Assembly (NCBI GenBank): GCA_949358305.1
Contig: OX442314.1
Coordinates: 19,406,001-19,470,000, forward strand
Reading direction: 5' to 3'
Length of the DNA: 64,000 bases
Source of the DNA: Strigamia acuminata
Lineage: Eukaryota
Part shown: in pieces, positions 1 to 10,755 of the stretch
Numbering within the stretch: position 1 is the stretch's first letter
Layout of the letters: the number at the start of each line of letters is the position of its first letter
Position numbers and translations under genes: made by a program
The notes under the pieces: model-generated
What the model was told of the DNA's origin: nothing
What the model saw: only the letters and a program-made list of their open reading frames with translations
The model's database searches: none

Positions 1-287
1 AAAATCAGTTTAAAGTACGAAAATTATGTATGGTTAACACACACAAAGAACAAAGAACGCCCTGAAAAAAATTTCACAGAATATCCTCTTGAAAATGCTA
101 CGGTATTAATTATTTTACTTTTCTTGGTGGAATGTTATACTTATCGCTTATCGGAATGAATCCTAAAATTTATTTTTTTATTTTTTTATTTTTTTATTGG
201 TTTATTGGTTTGCACTCCAAAGGAGTAAATTGCACTAATCTTCAACTTCGTTAAATCTTGTGATTAACCGTGTGAAATATATTTCAG

Positions 288-3008
288 ATTCTTCTGTTTT
301 TGGCCATCTCGACTGTGATTTTCATTTGCGTTGTAATTTATCGAATAATTTTTGCGGAATCGCACGTCTATACACGGTATACGTCTCGAACACCAATAGA
401 AGAAAAAATGCAAAATCCAAAAGGTTATAAACCTGTTGTTATTATTCACGGATTACTCGATCCAAAATCCAATCTGAATCGTTTCACTGAGACAATTCGC
501 GAAGTAAGTTCCTGAGTACATATTCCGAGGAGAAATTATAATTACTTAAATTTTTTTTTACTTTAAAAGGTACATCCAGGTACGGAGGTTGAATTTATAG
601 ATTTGTATGCTGGAGTCAAAAGTTTTGCGCCACTTTGGGACCAAGTAGCAAAATTTCGAGAAGCAGTAGAATCAATTAGTGTCTTACACCCTAAAGGAAT
701 TCATATGATAGCAATTTCTCAAGGTACATACACAACAAGTTATTCGTTCATTATTCAACATGTGTGATTACAGGTGCATTAATTGGCAGAGGAATTATAG
801 AGTCCTCTCGCAGCCACAATATAAAAACATTTGTTTCCATCGTTGGGCCTCAGTTGGGACAATTTGGACGTATGTATAAAAAATTTCTTACCTGTTGAAT
901 TTTTAAAAAATTATATTTAATTTCAGTGTCAGATGTGGATAAGTGGCCATTTTACGATTTACTCCGTCAAAATCTGTACAAGTAAGTACATCAAACTTAA
1001 TTGAATTAATCATCAGGATTCAGACAATTGAATTGCTTGCAAATTGGAAAATTACATTCATTTACATCTTGATAGGTTATTTTATTCGCCGATATGCGAT
1101 TGGTTCTCGGTTGCAGAACTATGGCGAGGTAAATATTCAGACAACTTTAATAAATCACTTATATTTCTCTAATTTTTTAATCTAGATCCTAGACGATTGG
1201 ATGTTTATAAAGAGAAAAATATATTTTTGCCAATCCTGAATAATGAAATTGAACACAGCCAGTCTGCTGGTATGCTGTGCTCCTTGGTGCTACAACTCCA
1301 ATACTATTAATTATTATTTTATTTATAGAATATAAAGAAAACTTTTTGAAATTAAGGAAAATGGTATTAATTGGAGGACCCGATGATGGAATTATCACAC
1401 CCTGGCAGTCTAGGTATAATCATAGATTATTGTCATAATTATTAGGACTCCAACTGGGATGAGAATCTACTGGGTCAAAATTCCCTAAACTCTTACCGTG
1501 TTGGACAACTTTACTGCAGAAATTTTTAATTATTATTTTTTATCTTTCACTTCAGCAAACTTTGTTTGGGATAATTAAGGATTTTAATTAGGCAGTGGCT
1601 ACGTTCATATCCGACATGAATGTATTATTTTAATGACGCGCTGTGATTGGTTGAGATGCTGTGATTGGTTGAGATCTATTGATGTCGGTTTGTTTCCTCA
1701 ACGCACTTTTTCTAAAACTATGTTTTCCAGGTTTTATCTTCTTTTTTTCCCTCCAAACACAACCTTATTCGTATTTAGCAACATAGACTGAATCGAGTAT
1801 TTTCATCAATGTATCTCAATACATCTCTCAACCAATCACAGCGTGTCGTGAAAATAATACGTTTATGTAGGACATGAACGTTGCCACTTCGCTTTAATTA
1901 GGAGATATAATAATTTCAAAAAAAAAATCTAAAATCTCAGGAGGAGGAAAGTTACTGTGCAATTAAAGGGATTTAATTATGGCTTGGTATGGTGTTCCAA
2001 ATTTATCTCCCAATACTACCGTCTTCCCCCGAATAAAACACCATGGTGTTGTATTCGAATATAACACCATGGTGTTGTATTCGTAAAAAAACATGTAAGT
2101 TTGCAAAAAAAGGAAAATTGTCAATATGTGTTTATGACTATGATTAAAAAAACAAACAATATCTTGTATGTTTTTATTTTTTGTGTTTTATTTAAAGTAA
2201 AAACAAAAAACAATAAAAATAAACTAAATAAAAACGTACATGTGCTGTATCGTTTGCGTTTTGGAAGCGTACACTGTACGTATTTCATAGTTTTTAAAAC
2301 ATTCGAATATAAAACCATGGTGTTGTATTTGAAAACAATAAAAAATTCGAATATAACACCATGGTGTTGTATTCGAATATAACACCATGGTGTTATAGCT
2401 GAAGTGGTGTTATATTCGAATTTTCGGTCAATGTTTTCAAACTTGTCATTTCGAACAAAACTCGAATACAACACCATGGTGTTATATTCGGGGGAAGACG
2501 GTAATAGTTGTAATGTTACCATCACCTCCACTGATAATTTACAGGAAAACATTAGCATCTGGATTTTAGAGTTTTAGAAAACTTTTGTAAAATATAAATA
2601 AGAAAGTTGCGCAGAAAATATAAGGGAATTTTTAATCCGGGAGTAAAATTATGTAAAAGTTATATACAATAATTTGTTGAAGTCTTAGCATGAGAGACGA
2701 CAATAAATTTTTCGTAAATTAGTGTTTCACATTGTATTTATTTGCTTTTTAGTCATTTCTCATTTTTTGATGAAAATGGTAACATTTGTCCAATGGAACA
2801 GCAGGAGGTAATCATAATTAAATCTTACAAACTATTTTTGAAAATTATATGTTTTCATCTTCAGATATATAAGAAGGATACTTTTGGGCTTCGGACATTA
2901 CATGAACGAGAAGCGATCGTCAAGTATACAGTCCCAGATATTCAGCACAAAGAATTTGAACGAAATGTTTCCGTTATGAAAGAATTTGTGATACCACACT
3001 TAGATTAA
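288..3008 (+). CDS. PPT2: Lysosomal palmitoyl-protein thioesterase 2-like, about 9 exons; true start exon not resolved
   Basis: Spliced translation gives YKPVVIIHG, nucleophile elbow [27 protein letters not shown] and DTFGLRTL...VPDIQH...VIPHLD* (stop 3006-3008). Introns are GT-AG. Confidence 0.88.
1591..1892. mobile_element. MITE in PPT2 intron
   Basis: About 65-bp imperfect terminal inverted repeats (GGCAGTGGCTACGTTCAT... / ...ATGAACGTTGCCACTTCGC), flanked on both sides by TTTAATTA. Confidence 0.75.
2019..2501. mobile_element. Tc1/mariner-pogo-type MITE with palindromic subterminal repeats
   Basis: TA|CCGTCTTCCCCCGAATA ... TATTCGGGGGAAGACGG|TA. Contains several copies of the near-palindrome GAATATAACACCATGGTGTTGTATTC. 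Confidence 0.85.
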
Positions 3009-3231
3009 CGTTGTCTATAAATTCTATTCTCTGTACATTACAAAATTAATAAAGTCAGCCATGTATATTTTGTTTACCAGAAGTTATTTTGGGAATTAAT
3101 TCAATCTTTAAGTTTCAAAAATTACAAGCTCTTGCTTGGTCACCATTCCTTATCTGAACCATTGATTAAAAGATACGCATAGTTCTATTCAGTTCTTGAC
3201 CTAACATGCGCGAAATTCAAATTGTACTATT

Positions 3232-3309
3232 TTCGGTCTAAAAAACCATCGGTAATATCGTCGACTCGATCACCAGTCAACTATATTACCGATGGTTTTT
3301 TAGACCGAA
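3232..3309. repeat. 78-bp hairpin / mini-MITE
   Basis: TTCGGTCTAAAAAACCATCGGTAATAT is perfectly complementary to ATATTACCGATGGTTTTTTAGACCGAA (27 bp), with further imperfect pairing inside. Confidence 0.8.
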
Positions 3310-3447
3310 TGTGAACGAGGAAAAGTCTGTTAACTTTCATCCGTGTAAAGAATAACTTTTGTAATTGTAAATATTTATTATTAATCAGATATGTTTTATT
3401 AGGTTTTTGAATTTGTTAAAATAAATGAATTTATTTATCTATTAACT

Positions 3448-3512
3448 CAGGGTTTCCCAAACGGTGAGCCGCGCCTCACTGGTGGGGCGCGAGCTGATTA
3501 TTGGTGGGACGC
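3448..3512 (+). mobile_element. Single end of a hAT-like element
   Basis: CAGGGTTTCCCAAAC start followed by a GC-rich subterminal hairpin. No matching opposite end found. Confidence 0.45.
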
Positions 3513-3567
3513 ACCCATCATGCCTAAATAAAACAAGCTTAATTTGCAAATTTTTGTAAATTTTTAA

Positions 3568-3760
3568 GCAAAATTATATAAAAAAATTATACAAAGTTTT
3601 ATGCAAAATTATATAAAAAAATTATACAAAGTTTTATGCAAAATTATATAAAAAAATTATACAAAGTTTTATGCAAAATTAAATAAAAAAATTATACAAA
3701 GTTTTATGCAAAATTATATAAAAAAATTATACAAAGTTTTATGCAAAATTAAATAAAAAT
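3568..3760. repeat. 35-bp AT-rich minisatellite, about 5.5 copies
   Basis: Unit GCAAAATTATATAAAAAAATTATACAAAGTTTTAT starts at 3568, 3603, 3638, 3673, 3708 and 3743 (partial). Confidence 0.95.
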
Positions 3761-4624
3761 TTCTTTTTTTCTTTTTAGTAGTATAATAATAATAGATAAC
3801 GTTAAAAAATGATATATTAAAATTATAATTTATAATGAGATTTTTCAGTAGATATAGTCAGCATTTAACATAAGATTGACTTGTAAGGAATAAGAGGTCA
3901 AGTTAAACCAAACGAACACACTTAAGTGTTGCGATCCATTGTCTGCTGTCTGGCTGTATTAGGCTGGACACCTAATCTACTATTTAACACTTACCGGTAA
4001 TTTCATTTCATCTTTTTCTAAATTAGCTTTTATCCACACTTTTTAAAGCAAAGTTTTAAACAAAATCTTGAAAATTTCCTTCCTTCTGGGTGTTAGTAAG
4101 CCTGAATCAGCAATATTGGAGTAAGACGTACGTTTATTTATAAGTTTACATGCTATAACAACGATTTCTATCATCTAAAAAATTAGTTAGCTGTATACAC
4201 ACCTGGACATTAAGAAACTTCTAGTTTACCACTGCTTGATGTAATGAGCCACCTGGAATCTCAATACCACTCATTTATTATGTAAATTTAATGATGTTTA
4301 CAAAGAGGGTTTCATTGTTTGTATGGCTGTGTGCGTGTGTACAATATAATACAAAATACAATACAATAAAGTTAGGTAATGTTGAAAATAATTTCTAATA
4401 CATTATTTGCGACCATTAAACGGAATATTCTCAAAAAATTCTCAATATTTCTTTGGGCATTAAAACCATAATTATCTTCTCACAGCTGACTAATGAACCT
4501 TGCCAACCACCTGCAGTTTCAACAGCATCAAGAGCATGCCATGCATTTATAAACGCGTGGAAACATCGATTCATCTCACTGCAAACTACCGTGGTGGTTA
4601 CAAAATTTGTTAGCTACAGTGATC

Positions 4625-5102
4625 ATGAAACATTGGGCCATTTTATTAGTATTTCTAGGTTTCTTACTCTGTTTCCGTATCAATTTTGTACTCGCTGATA
4701 CCTATACATTGGTGTTAGCTAATGGTACGAGAATAACTGGAGATGTTATTGATTTAAATGATTTAATAGATCGTACTCCAGAATATCGGGTTAATTTCGT
4801 AGGCGACGATGTAATTCTAATTGTTAAATTTACACATTATTTTATTTTAGCACTGTATATTCTTATCTACATTTTTTATTTTTTTTTAAATTTAGTTTCG
4901 AAGACGACTGACTGCAGAAAATGAAAAAATAAGAAGTGAAGTGCCTAGATTTCACCAACTGCACGATATGAATTCTAGAACTCCAGCTGAACAACAAGAA
5001 TATGTGCAACTCACTTACCAAGTAATGGATAACTATTACAAACCGTTTGTAACCGAAGCATTTGCTGTGGGAGGAATAACCTTCTCTACCACGAAAACAT
5101 AA
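4625..5102 (+). CDS. Small secreted protein of unknown family, 130 aa, 2 exons (4625-4810, 4896-5102)
   Basis: Signal-peptide-like MKHWAILLVFLGFLLCFRINFVLA; in-frame phase-0 GT-AG intron; TATAAA at ~4548; AATAAA at ~5153. Confidence 0.7.
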
Positions 5103-5468
5103 AAGGATTAAAACGTTTTGTATTGAATTTTTTTCTCACAGTATTAAAAACAAATAAAACAATGAATCCAATCGCTAAATTAGAAATGTTTTTAGTTATT
5201 AATCACACTTTTTAGTGCACCTACGCTTTTGAGAAAAAAATAATTGATATTATTTCGATTCGACGTAATAAGAGGACTATCCTCTAAACAGAAACCAGCG
5301 GTAGCAACGGAAATTGAAACCGTAGTGCCAAGTCAAATCACAAAAGATGTCTCTCTAATTATTAAAATGTTAAAATAAATGTTTTTATTTAAAAATGTGC
5401 ATTACAACATGTATCAAAATATACGAAAGGATTAAACCCAAAAGCCATTAATGCACTCAAGAATTATA

Positions 5469-6869
5469 TCATACATCCTCCTGAATCAATATGAAATCGC
5501 GAATGTCAAAATCTTTTTTTTTCAATTGATATAATTTCATTCCAGCAGAATCCAAAAACTGCAAATCCAAGTTTTCTTTTCGAATGTATGTCTGAATTCT
5601 ACCATCAGAAGTATCAATTGTATCGCACATCAACATTTTTAACGGACTTTCCATTTCTAACAATTTTTCTATACATCCGAAAGTAATTGAGTTGCACTTT
5701 GAAAATGATATCGATTTTACATTTTGAAGCGCCTTGGCTACAAAAAGTTGTGAAAATAAATTGTCAGAGACAACGGCACATTCGTCAAATTGTAAATCTT
5801 CCAAATTAATGCACTGTGTTAATAGCATTTTCAATTGTAATTCAGTGAATTCAGTTGCAACTACACGTAGTTCACGTAGGCTCTTAAACGAAACTGCATT
5901 GCCGGGTTCGTTTAAAATAGAACATTTGTTTAATGATAAATTCTCCAGCTTTGGACAGTGGCGGTCCACAAGTCTCAGATCAACTAATACAACATTACGT
6001 AGAAATAAAGTGGTTAATCGTTGTGCCGACATCAAGACAACATTAAAATCCAGAATATTATCTGATGTCGGGAAAACTAATAATTTGCGCAAATTTGGGA
6101 AAATAGTGATCAGATTGTTGAAATCTTCGGACGAATAATCTAAATCCTCTATAGCCATTTCGTTGATCAAATAAATGAGCAATGTCTTGCTTGAATTAAA
6201 TTCTTTTTTCGGAACAACAAACGCTTCCCAGAAATGACATAAAAACTTTCTTAAAAGTGGCAGGTGGTTTAGAACGAAAAGACATTCCTCGTGTGTGATT
6301 ACTTCATTATGGCGGACATTTAAAAACTGGAGTCGAGGGCACCCACTTGGTAACAAACAAAGACTACAATTGGTAATAGGAGTCAAAGCGATGTTGAGAT
6401 GTGTCAATAGCGGACAATTGTTAGAAATCACCGTTAAAACTTCGTCCGTACAATTCTTCTGCGCTTTGAAGGATAAACGTTCAATTTTTGGTAAATGTTG
6501 TACCAGTTTGATTAACGATTCGGATGAAATTTTAACGCACCTGTTTCTCCAAGAATTCAAGTTTAATTCTACAAGTTTTTCACAAACTTGGCAGATTTTG
6601 TCCAATAAAGATTCCATGGGCAGATCTAACGAAATGAAATCACCTAACGATCTGGTGCGTGAATTAACAAAAATATCTGAAGACATAATTCGTATGGAAG
6701 GTTTGTCCTGTTGCTTGAATTCATGCAGACGCATACGTTCACGGATTTCATCAATAAATCTACCAGGTAGATTCGCTAATTTTAATTTATCTTCTATAAC
6801 ATCATAACCAGTGATTACCAAATCGAAACACAATTCTTCCAGGCTGGACGGTGATTTCTTGTAAGGCAT
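5469..6869 (-). CDS. Intronless leucine-rich-repeat protein with N-terminal BC-box/Cul2-box (ZYG11/PRAME/AMN1-like CRL substrate receptor), 466 aa
   Basis: Long ORF with SLEELCFDLV (BC-box consensus), LPGRFIDEI (Cul2-box consensus) and repeated Cys-containing LRRs (CPLLTHLNI, CPRLQFLNV, CPKLENLSL). TATATAAAG at ~6921-6929 on the minus strand. Confidence 0.8.
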   Translation of the reverse strand: MPYKKSPSSLEELCFDLVITGYDVIEDKLKLANLPGRFIDEIRERMRLHEFKQQDKPSIRIMSSDIFVNSRTRSLGDFISLDLPMESLLDKICQVCEKLVELNLNSWRNRCVKISSESLIKLVQHLPKIERLSFKAQKNCTDEVLTVISNNCPLLTHLNIALTPITNCSLCLLPSGCPRLQFLNVRHNEVITHEECLFVLNHLPLLRKFLCHFWEAFVVPKKEFNSSKTLLIYLINEMAIEDLDYSSEDFNNLITIFPNLRKLLVFPTSDNILDFNVVLMSAQRLTTLFLRNVVLVDLRLVDRHCPKLENLSLNKCSILNEPGNAVSFKSLRELRVVATEFTELQLKMLLTQCINLEDLQFDECAVVSDNLFSQLFVAKALQNVKSISFSKCNSITFGCIEKLLEMESPLKMLMCDTIDTSDGRIQTYIRKENLDLQFLDSAGMKLYQLKKKDFDIRDFILIQEDV

Positions 6870-7629
6870 GTTGAGATTTGACAGCACAGTCGAGAATGAT
6901 AAAATGTATTGACAACAAATTCTTTATATACGTGAAGCTATTCGTACTGTATGCTGAATGTTCGCTGCACGTTTTATCTAATATCTTCGATTTGTCCGCG
7001 GGACCGCGGGCCTCCCAACTGCGCGCGAGGGGAAAATCTTTTTTCCAAATTGCGCAGGGGGGCGGATTTTGTGTCAGATTTTTGGCAATTTAGTAAATAT
7101 ATGGAGAACAAGGGTTGATTGATATTGTCGTTAGACCTTACGAGTCTACTGTATCGTCCATCATTTGCCATTGTCCCATGTCTTGCACTTCCAGTTCCTG
7201 ATTGAATTGTTCTTGGTAAACGGAATAACGAGAAGATTCGTTTGATTCGTGTTGCTGCTGCTTCGTGTTTGAACTGTTTGGATAGTTCATGTTATTTATT
7301 CTTTTCATTTGGATTTGGAAAATATTTGTCCAACTTAACTCATTTCTTGATTTGTAGGAACCAAAATAAATAATGTTGTTCAAACCATAATTTGGAGTTA
7401 ACTCATTTATTCCAGAAGCTTAACTGTATAAGTTGCTAAGCAATCAGCTTGGCAACTACAATGCGTTGAATATACAAATTGATAATCAATTTCTAAAACA
7501 AATAAAGTACATCGATTGTATAATATATAGTATTGTTTCAAGAGATTACAAATAGCTGAGTGTTGAATTTCTGTTTATTTGCTCGATTTCCTTGTCCGTT
7601 CATTGATGAGTCAGCAATGAATCAAATTC

Positions 7630-7879
7630 GGTTGTTGTTCACATCTGCCCCAATGTTAGCCTTGATTTCATTTGTTTGTGTTGTGTGTGGTTGTTTTCGG
7701 TTAGGTTAGGTCAGGTTAGGTTAGGTCAGGTTGGGTTAGGACCTAGGTATAGGTCTAAACCTAACCTAACCTGACCTAACCTAACCGAAAACAACCACAC
7801 ACATCACAAACAAATGAAATCAAGGCAACCTAACCTAACCTAACAATGGAATATATTGGGGCAGATGTGAACAACAACC
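7630..7879. mobile_element. Fold-back MITE with internal TTAGG/TCAGG repeats, GG...CC ends and 8-bp TSD (Merlin- or Mutator-like)
   Basis: TIR GGTTGTTGTTCACATCTGCCCCAAT / ATTGGGGCAGATGTGAACAACAACC; TSD TCAAATTC at 7622-7629 and 7880-7887. Confidence 0.85.
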
Positions 7880-8749
7880 TCAAATTCAATTAGCGAAGTC
7901 ACTAGATCGACTGAATCCGAGTTTAGGGAATCGTTTCAAAATGGACAGTGCGGAAGAAGTATTTGTTTTTGTAAGATCTTACTATAACGCGATTAATGTC
8001 AGTAATCAAGCTGTAAATCTGTACTGTTTTGGCAATAACATTGATCCCTTATTGCATACAAGAATACAAGTATCCATATTGTTTGAGTCGGTTGCCCTGG
8101 ATGGACGTGTGGATGGTGTTGGATTGTCCTCCTATTCCTAGGAGTAGTTCTACGTCTAAACAGTGCCACAAGGGAAAGTAATTCCCATCAAGAGATAACG
8201 CAAGAACAGCCCCCTTTGTCGCAGAAAATTAAACAGTATGAAAAAAAAAAATTCTATCGCAAAATTAGAAATGTTTTTAATTATTAATCACACTTTTATA
8301 ATGAAATCTCATTTTGTCGCAGCCTGCAAATTTATACTGCAATTCAAGTGCGGTCCAGTTGATAATTAAATGCGATGTTTTTTTATTTATCAATGGCTGT
8401 TTTAACGTTAAAACGATACATGCAATGATTGTATTGTGATTGATTTCCCACTCGACTCGCATTGCGAACCAGGTCGTGTTACCTTTGATTTTCGATAGAT
8501 CAATAGTAAAGTTTATCTTTTATTTATGACGAAAGTTCAAATCAAATTCCGATAACGTCTATGCGATTTATTTCCGTACTCATAAATCAGTCAAACAAAA
8601 CACAAAAACTATTTTCTGCGCAACAAAGCTATTTCCGGCTGTTGTGTTATCACGTGCGCAGTTTTTCGTCTAAAGTCTAAACGGACGAACAAAAGACGAG
8701 TACAACCACATATTTAAAATTAGCCTATAATTTATTTAATATTATTCAG

Positions 8750-8910
8750 TTTTTAGTCATCCGACCTTTAAAAACAATTATCAAATATACAATGCCAGAA
8801 GAACAACACAAAAATATCACAGTTTTGAAAAAATGTGTGATTCCACATTTAGATTAATGCTCTTAACTTTACATCACAAAATTAACAAAAGCTAGCTGTA
8901 TTTTGTTTTG
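8750..8910 (+). pseudogene. Relic of the 3' end of a PPT2 paralogue
   Basis: 8774-8857 translates TIIKYTMPEEQHKNITVLKKCVIPHLD*, versus [31 protein letters not shown] of the gene at 288-3008. The following 3' UTR is also similar. Confidence 0.75.
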
Positions 8911-8935
8911 TTCAAATTAACATTTCATTTTTACT

Positions 8936-9843
8936 TCATAATCGGGATATACAATTTCCAGTTCTCTTATCATTAGCAGCATTACATTGCTTTAGTATAT
9001 CTAATGTAGTATTAAAGTAAGCTGTCACTGACAAGTCTTCACAGTCGGGGATAAACAATTTTATTCCATTTCTTTTAACTGGTGAAAGTAATGTGAGAGC
9101 CGAATCCACAAAAAGCATGTCTAATCGAGCTCCAGCCTTGACAATGCCTTTGATAATTTGCGATTTTTTCCCATCGAACACGTGAATATTCTCGCCTATA
9201 ATAACCAACGTTGGTCCAGGCACTTCGTATTGTTGGTCAGTGGCAGCAAAATTCACTAAAACAAAAGAATATCAGACAAAATGATCCACATATTTAAAAT
9301 AAAATCCAAATACCCAGAAAATTATTTCCCGTGTGAAAAATAAAAATCGAGCACGTTTTGCTTAGAGTTGATTGCACGTTCATTCTGATGCGGACTTTGT
9401 TTATAAGGCTTGACTTCAATTTGGTAATTAAGGAACTGTCAGTCGCTGGATCACTCAGTATTTCAATTCCCGGAAGAGTTCCACTGTAATTTCCGCTGTT
9501 CAGTTGAAACACAACTTTGGAACCGGTAGTAGCTAAAGAAATACAAAGTTTATGCGAATACAGCGACGCATACTTGTATCTTACTTACGGCCCATGCCTG
9601 ACGCTTTTATCGGTGCAATTTCTACTGAAGTGACATGCAAATTGTTGTTTTTTAACATTGTTGTTGAGACTTGAGATGTATAAAGAAAATTTAATGGTGG
9701 TTTGAAGGAATGTCCTGCAAACAAAAACAAAAACACATTCAATTAGTATTGTTTATGATGTGTATTCACTTAAAACCATCGCAACCTTTTAAGCGACCAC
9801 TAACTGGTAAGTTATTTTTGCTGCAAATGCAACTGACAACCTG
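8936..9843 (-). CDS. Multi-exon protein of unknown family (about 240 aa resolved); first exon near 9930-9991 not cleanly in frame
   Basis: Exons 9843/9840-9786, 9714-9589, 9532-9314 and 9255-8936 join through GT-AG introns into one open frame (VVSCICSKNNLP...VFQLNSGNYSGTLPG...VNFAATDQQYEVPG...CISRL*). Confidence 0.65.
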
Positions 9844-10755
9844 CTATTAAATATTTTCTAAGAAGTATTTTTTTTCCCTTTAGCAAATTACAGTGTAAGA
9901 AAATCAAGGTTATACTATTTTAAAAACTAACGTACAAATTATTTCACAAAATAAAATCAAAATGCAGGAAATTGGTTTTTAATTGTTTCATTTTTGTGTT
10001 TCGGAACTTCGATGCATTCCCAATTAATGCTATTTTTAAGCGTTGTTGTTGTCTTTAATCTTGAAGATTAATCTTGGATAACATTCGACAAGTCACGCAT
10101 CATCTTGCATTATTAAAACCGTAATCGTGCGCAAACATTTAAAAACCAATTGTTTAGTTTCGCATTTATTAAATTCTATCCATCACCTTTTTTTATGAAG
10201 GTCAATACGACAACGACCGGAAAATGACACAACCTAAATTATGAAAATATTGTTTTGAACTCTATAGCCCGAATAAATCGTTCAATAACCCCTAAAAATT
10301 ATCTTTGTTGAAATGAAGAAAGCATAATTAGCCCACAAAACTTTCAATAAAAATAATAATCTTTTTGATGCACCGGTAACTTAAATCAATTGGGTCGTAA
10401 AACAATTTCAACTGAATAAGTTTTCCATTTCAAAATTCAACTTACATGTATTAATTTAAATTTAAACGTTGAAAGATAAACCACTTACAATAATGTTCTA
10501 TATTCGTGTGAAATGTAAAGATGGTGGTCAGATATGCATAACACACAACTCTCAAGTTCAAGAACTACATCGTATAAATTTTCATCACATAATTTCCCTC
10601 AGGGTATTAAAATGGCGTGTACTGGATAAAAGCGTGTTGGCTGCAATATCAAGGTTAGTAGACCAGTGACATGTAAAGGGCGGCCACATTAGATGGCCAG
10701 CACACGCATCTGATAGGTCAGATTCATCCTCAGGAAGTTATAGGGATAGACTAAA

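Noticed and set aside
2030..2490. Palindromic repeats resembling a CRISPR array
   Set aside because: No regular unique spacers, enclosed by TIRs with a TA TSD, located in a eukaryotic intron, and no cas genes.
3990..4260. Minus-strand splice-site-bounded segments, one reading KVWIKANLEKDEMKLP (faintly neprilysin-like)
   Set aside because: Stops in all frames and implied introns of only ~30 nt; too weak to call even a pseudogene.
5734..6807. Plus-strand ORFs of 134 and 170 aa
   Set aside because: Antisense shadows of the LRR coding sequence.
7700..7845. Telomere-telomere fusion site
   Set aside because: The repeats lie inside a TIR element with an 8-bp TSD, so transposition explains them.
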